Origin: Promethearchaeota archaeon
GTDB taxonomy: Archaea; Asgardarchaeota; Thorarchaeia; Thorarchaeales; Thorarchaeaceae
Direction of reading: 5' to 3'
Length of the DNA stretch: 64,000 bases
Assembly: GCA_014728035.1 (NCBI GenBank)
Contig: WJMJ01000078.1
Span: 32,001 to 96,000 of the forward strand
The notes under the pieces were generated by a model. That model had not been told where the DNA came from and did not search any database. It was given only the letters and a program-made list of their open reading frames with translations. A program made the position numbers and the translations under genes. Below are positions 59,465 through 64,000 of the stretch, piece after piece (position 1 is the stretch's first letter; each line of letters opens with the position of its first letter).

Positions 59465-60604
59465 ATGCCTGTTGCATTAGTGCTTATCGATTGGGATTCA
59501 AAAGTCGGAGCTGTATTGAAGGCAAAGGTTCCCGCTGATTTTGCAGACTATTACAGGGAAGACCTCAACACGGAAATTATGAGAATTTTCACTTCACACG
59601 CTATGGGTGATGCAACTGCAGGATTTTCATCATTGAGTGTTAGAATCGGTGGAGAAGAATACGCTGTTGCCTCGTACTATACCGGAATTGTTAGAGAAGA
59701 AGAGCAATATTGTATCTCATTGATGTTAAACACTTCAGAAGATCCAAAATCCTATGAGGCTGCTATTACATCAATAGTGTCTCATCTCACAAATTCAGTT
59801 GCAACAATGACTGATAGTGAAGTACAAGAAGAACTTGAGAACACTTACAGACGAATCATTCGTCTTGCTGGAATGACTGACGAATCCCGTCTGGCAAGGC
59901 TGTTCGCTGATGAATTAGCAAGAGCTGTATTTCCAAAATTATGGAAGGGCGGCATCTCAAAGGAGGACTTGGAAGAATGGCTAAAGATGGTCACTGGACT
60001 TCCAAGTGTTAGTGTAGATTCTATACTTGCACCCTTTGAAGAACTTGGTCTCGTAAAAACCGAATGGGTTGATGAGATTGGTCGTACTTGTGTATTCATG
60101 ATTAAAGACCTTGAAGTATTCAGGGCACCTCCATTACTTGCCATGGAAGCAGCAGGTAAAGTTCTAGACCCAGAATTATCTGCAGAGTATAAGATGGAAG
60201 TACTGGAATTTCTACGGGAATGGAAGAAGACGCCTGAAGATACCGTATCCATAGCTGAGATTCTAGCAGATCCAGATTGTTATGACACTTTGAGTGAACT
60301 GAGAAGACGACCTCAGAACATGGTAGAATTAGAAGCAACTTTGGGAATTCCACCAAAAGAGCTAAAAGAGGCAGTTCAGACTTTGAAAAAATACAGAGTT
60401 GTTTCTGAACGTAGAAGAGAAGATGCATCAGGTGAAACAGACAAATGGATTTTCCTTCTAAACGACATTCGAGTTCGTTTGTTCTTCCCAGAATATTTCT
60501 TAGCTTCTCTACCACAAGATCTGGAAGAAAACCCGGAAGATACCAAACTTAGAGAACTAATTCATCACCATCTACGACTTCTTCGAGATAATTTCCCAAG
60601 ATAA
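59465..60604 (+). CDS. Longin/uDENN-like domain protein with winged-helix domains
   Basis: MPVALVLIDWDSKVGAVLKAKVP...VASYYTG...CISLML; C-terminal ELEATLGIPPKELKEAVQTLKKYRVV. Confidence 0.7.
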   Translation: MPVALVLIDWDSKVGAVLKAKVPADFADYYREDLNTEIMRIFTSHAMGDATAGFSSLSVRIGGEEYAVASYYTGIVREEEQYCISLMLNTSEDPKSYEAAITSIVSHLTNSVATMTDSEVQEELENTYRRIIRLAGMTDESRLARLFADELARAVFPKLWKGGISKEDLEEWLKMVTGLPSVSVDSILAPFEELGLVKTEWVDEIGRTCVFMIKDLEVFRAPPLLAMEAAGKVLDPELSAEYKMEVLEFLREWKKTPEDTVSIAEILADPDCYDTLSELRRRPQNMVELEATLGIPPKELKEAVQTLKKYRVVSERRREDASGETDKWIFLLNDIRVRLFFPEYFLASLPQDLEENPEDTKLRELIHHHLRLLRDNFPR

Positions 60605-60610
60605 ACAAAG

Positions 60611-61082
60611 AGGCCGTTCTAATTATGGATGGCCTGTTCGTATTTTCTCGCAACAGCGGAATATACAGAGTTAATTTGCGGATTTCTCATATTGGTTAAC
60701 ATATTATTGTGATATTCGCATTACTATACTGTCTTTTTTCGGTATTCGCAGAGTTATGAGAGCCCCTTTCACTTCAAAGACACTAGAAAGCTTCTTATGC
60801 GGAAAAGTACACACTGTAATTGCCTTCGAGTACCCGATACTCGTGTACGGCCCCGTCTTGAACTCGCATTCACAACATTAACGGTCCCAAGAAACGAGTT
60901 CTAGCATTGGTCCCAAATAATGCAGGTCCCCCTTGCAAATACTTGCGCATAATATGTGTTTTCCGTACACGGTGAACGGGTTTCCGGACGCGGATGGTTC
61001 GCATCTGCGAGCCAATCCGGTCCCATTTGGATGAATAATCAGGATTGCTCGATACGCATTCGTTCTCGGGCCCATTGGGCCC
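60611..61082 (+). ncRNA. Putative large structured RNA element C with seven GG(T/C/G)CCC motifs
   Basis: More than 10 stems, many with + strand G-U pairs; motifs at 60849, 60883, 60909, 60925, 61019, 61068 and 61077. Confidence 0.65.
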
Positions 61083-61104
61083 ATTTCTCTTTTCAAAGAA
61101 TAAG

Positions 61105-61506
61105 TTAGGGAGAATCGAAGCTGAAACCATCTCCAAAGAATTGAGTATTGATTAGATCATTTTCTTCTTCGGTAAGCAGCTCTACCATATCAATTGCCAT
61201 GTTTGCCTCCTGTCTGAATCCAAGAATCTCATATATCCAAACAAGTTTCAACCAAGCCTCTCGGATATTTTCATCTATTTCCACAGATGTCAATAAGGCG
61301 TCTTCTGCTGCTTCGAGTTCACCTTCTTCTAGCAAGTGCTTTCCAAATTCGTACCAAATGTATGCAAATTCTGGAGACTGTCGAGTCATTTGCACAAATG
61401 CATCTTGATCGTTAATTGAATGGGGTTCGTTCAATTTCTGTGTACGTGGAACGAATGGGGAAAATTCATCTTCAAATCCAATTGGTTTTTGTCTAGCTTT
61501 ACTCAT
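61105..61506 (-). CDS. Small TPR protein
   Basis: PEFAYIWYEFGKHLLEEGELEAAEDALL...EAWLKLVWIYEILG. Confidence 0.75.
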   Translation of the reverse strand: MSKARQKPIGFEDEFSPFVPRTQKLNEPHSINDQDAFVQMTRQSPEFAYIWYEFGKHLLEEGELEAAEDALLTSVEIDENIREAWLKLVWIYEILGFRQEANMAIDMVELLTEEENDLINTQFFGDGFSFDSP

Positions 61507-61737
61507 AGTGAAGCATCCGAATATATCGAGGTTTAAAGACAATTATCAATTGGCCTTTAATCAAAAAACATATCTCCTTTGTTAGATTTACATCTATGGT
61601 ACAATGGGGACTCCACGAAAGTATAGGAGAAATATAAAGTTCCAGAAACAACAAAAGACGACCTATAGAGCATATTTGATATCAAGTTTGCCAAATCATT
61701 ACACTTTTTGGTTATGAAATAGTTATTACGGGCTTAA

Positions 61738-62370
61738 ATGGGGATATTGAAATCGTATGATATGAAAACTTCCTGTCTCCGAGTGATAAGAAATCAGAGT
61801 GATAATTGGGAGTATTCCCGGCCTTATGCAAATGCCTCAACTGGGAAGTTATACGAATCTGCTTCAAACCAATCATTACAGTTATCATTACGAGAAGTAG
61901 TTTTGTATGAGTTAGCCCTCAGACAGGACGAGCGAGTCATGGATATATGTGAAAAGCTATTTGACTCTGCAGATATAGATGAGTGGCTATTGGGTCTGCG
62001 TATTTTGTCTGTAATAGGAACAGAACCAGCAATGGACCGATTGGTCCAAATCTATACGGATGCAGATGTTCACGGACGAAAGCTGGCGCTAGATATCATA
62101 GCTTCAAGTGTGTCTGCTGACTTTGCTCAACCCTTTAGCATAATGGTAAGAGAATTTATTGGTTCTGAATCAATTGACGTTTCAACATGGACTTCGGTGG
62201 CAATAGCTACTCTTTACCATGTATGCAAGAGAAAAGGAATCAACGTGGAATTCTTAGGAGACCCAAACTTTCGCCCATCCATTACAGGTTTTGAAGTGAG
62301 CTCAACAAAAGAACAGTCTACTGATCGATTAAAGAAAACACGATTGGTGGCAATTTCAAAAGAGAACTAA
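61738..62370 (+). CDS. HEAT-repeat-like protein
   Basis: LRILSVIGTEPAMDRLVQIYTDADVHGRKLALDII. Confidence 0.6.
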   Translation: MGILKSYDMKTSCLRVIRNQSDNWEYSRPYANASTGKLYESASNQSLQLSLREVVLYELALRQDERVMDICEKLFDSADIDEWLLGLRILSVIGTEPAMDRLVQIYTDADVHGRKLALDIIASSVSADFAQPFSIMVREFIGSESIDVSTWTSVAIATLYHVCKRKGINVEFLGDPNFRPSITGFEVSSTKEQSTDRLKKTRLVAISKEN

Positions 62371-63311
62371 TTCTCTAACAGATCCAACTCATATCGAATG
62401 CGTCTGTATCGCTCAGTATATCCTAGTTTAAGATATAGCTGACGAGCAGCTTCTTCATCATCAATTACTACAAGGTCAGAACGGGAATACCCTTTCGTTT
62501 TTGCTCTATTCAGCAATTCCAGCAAAATAGCAAGACCATAGCCTTTTCGACGATGAGTTCCCTTTGTGCCAACACCATCAATAATCAGACGGGCATCATC
62601 TTTTGTTGAAGATGCCAACTTGGTACCTAATACATATACAACAGGTTTACCATCAACGTAGCCAAAAAGTGCAAAGTCCGAAACAAATCGATCTGATGTA
62701 CTAAATTTCATTAGTGTTTCAGATGTTACAGGGTTGTATCCAATTTTATCACTAAATATCTCATTTTGAAGATCAGCCCATATTGAGCCATCTTCAGAGG
62801 GATGAATTTCGCGAATAGTCAATTCCGGGGGTGTTGCTCTTACTGGTATTGCACCAATATCAAAGTTGGACATCTTAATCCAGGCCTTGACTGGTTCCAT
62901 ACCTCGTTTCTCTGCAAATTCTATTGCAGAAGGCCTGAAATCCGGGATATAGCTCACGACTTTCTGTGCTCTTTGGGATTTTGCTTTTCTAATGAGCTCA
63001 TTAAAGATAGTGGACCCCACACCTAGTTTTCTAAAATCCGGATGCACTTTCAGTGCTATGCGAGAAACTGGCGATTCCTGTTCAATTGATTTGAATACCG
63101 TGCCATATCCTACATAACCAGCTCCTGATATTCGTACTAGAATGACATTGTCTTCAACATCTACTCCGGGAGTTTGGTATCCAGCTCGATAGTATTCGCC
63201 ATCAAGATCTACGTGATCAGGATTATCTCTGGAACTCACAGCATTGTATATTCGAGCTATTTCGTCACAATGGTCAAGTTTTCCAGGTTCAATACTGATA
63301 TCTGAATTCAA
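62367..63311 (-). CDS. Tandem GNAT acetyltransferase (MshD-like)
   Basis: VHPDFRKLGVG and HRRKGYG, ARQLYLKLGY. Confidence 0.88.
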   Translation of the reverse strand: MNSDISIEPGKLDHCDEIARIYNAVSSRDNPDHVDLDGEYYRAGYQTPGVDVEDNVILVRISGAGYVGYGTVFKSIEQESPVSRIALKVHPDFRKLGVGSTIFNELIRKAKSQRAQKVVSYIPDFRPSAIEFAEKRGMEPVKAWIKMSNFDIGAIPVRATPPELTIREIHPSEDGSIWADLQNEIFSDKIGYNPVTSETLMKFSTSDRFVSDFALFGYVDGKPVVYVLGTKLASSTKDDARLIIDGVGTKGTHRRKGYGLAILLELLNRAKTKGYSRSDLVVIDDEEAARQLYLKLGYTERYRRIRYELDLLEN

Positions 63312-63443
63312 TAATATCCCTCACAATTACATTTTATAGTACAGTAGATATAAACCACCCATATATCTTGTATAATTGTATTAGGTCATCTATACATATA
63401 ATGATTGATTCAATTGTAGCAAAATAATCTGGTGAATATCAAC

Positions 63444-64000
63444 TTGATTCACAATACATTCCTCATCAAAATCTCAGGCAAAGTTTTAGCTACGGCACAA
63501 TACTGGCCAATAGAAGTGTCACAATCAGAGATTGAAGAATTTATTTCTACTAGAGAGGAAATCAAGGATGCCTCAGGTAGTGAGTTCATGAATATCCCTC
63601 TAAACATTCATGACCACAAAATGATGGCACTAGAAGTTGAGTCAGACTTGTTATTGCTTATGGTAGGAGATCATGGTGAGGATGACCGAGCTCTTAGTGA
63701 AAAACTCAAGAAAGGTGCAAGAATTTTACAGAAATATTCTGAGTCAAACGGTTCCGGTAAAATGATTCAGAATTTTGAGAGCATAATTGAATCGTCGGTT
63801 ACGACAAAACTGAAAATAGCACTAGTAGGCGAGGGCGGTGTTGGAAAAACCACTACATTACATCTCTTACTTGGAGATACACCCCCAACACAATATGTTC
63901 CCACCATTGCCTTGAATTTGGAAACGGTTGAAAATATTAGATTTGGGAACTATAGCCTAGTACTCTGGGATTTTGCTGGGCAAGAACGTTTCAGAAATCT
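63444..64000 (+). CDS. Longin-like domain fused to an Arf-like small GTPase (runs off window end)
   Basis: Not in the ORF track. Manual translation from TTG after GGTGA: MIHNTFLIKISGKVLA...KIALVGEGGVGKTT...YVPTIA...LWDFAGQERFR. Confidence 0.85.
   Translation, partial: MIHNTFLIKISGKVLATAQYWPIEVSQSEIEEFISTREEIKDASGSEFMNIPLNIHDHKMMALEVESDLLLLMVGDHGEDDRALSEKLKKGARILQKYSESNGSGKMIQNFESIIESSVTTKLKIALVGEGGVGKTTTLHLLLGDTPPTQYVPTIALNLETVENIRFGNYSLVLWDFAGQERFRN

Noticed and set aside
60840-61085. CRISPR array, HDV-like ribozyme, RNase P or SRP RNA readings of the GGTCCC repeats
   Set aside because: Repeats are only 6 nt and irregularly spaced, with no cas genes; no HDV nested pseudoknot could be built; RNase P GAGGAAnnUC and SRP helix-8 consensus not found
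60870-61136. Two small - strand ORFs (88 and 72 aa)
   Set aside because: Overlapping frames without motifs, a by-product of locally high GC; + strand G-U bias points to RNA structure
1-64000. Selenocysteine (UGA) read-through genes, transposases, prophage or defence islands
   Set aside because: TGA-ending genes checked stop at natural domain ends; no integrase, transposase, capsid or defence motifs recognised

Overview
Gene-dense archaeal chromosome segment, roughly 38-40% GC by eye. It is almost certainly from an Asgard archaeon, probably Thorarchaeia. This is inferred from class I LysRS, aIF5A, eS26, eL13, TrmY, the CCA enzyme, NOB1, XPF/ERCC4 and PAC2, together with many eukaryotic-signature proteins: Rab- and Arf-like GTPases, roadblock and longin domains, V4R/Bet3-like proteins, SNAP/TPR-like and PCI-like proteins. 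No rRNA, CRISPR array, transposase or prophage was recognised. One tRNA-Leu(CAG) carries a 30-nt intron at a non-canonical site next to the variable arm. The most unusual signal is non-coding. Three long intergenic regions (about 1106-1328, 58325-58521 and 60611-61082) fold by eye into multi-branched structures. Each displays an apparently unpaired GG(U/C/G)CCC motif just 3' of a helix, seven times in the largest element. I could not match them by eye to SRP RNA, RNase P RNA or a known riboswitch, so they are candidates for an undescribed structured-RNA family. Other highlights are a duplicated roadblock-wHTH plus V4R/Bet3-like module, a cdrS-like/minimal FtsX/ABC-ATPase cluster whose ATPase gene is GC-anomalous, a SNAP-like-PCI protein, and longin fusions. 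All assignments come from motif recognition; no database searches or folding programs were run.
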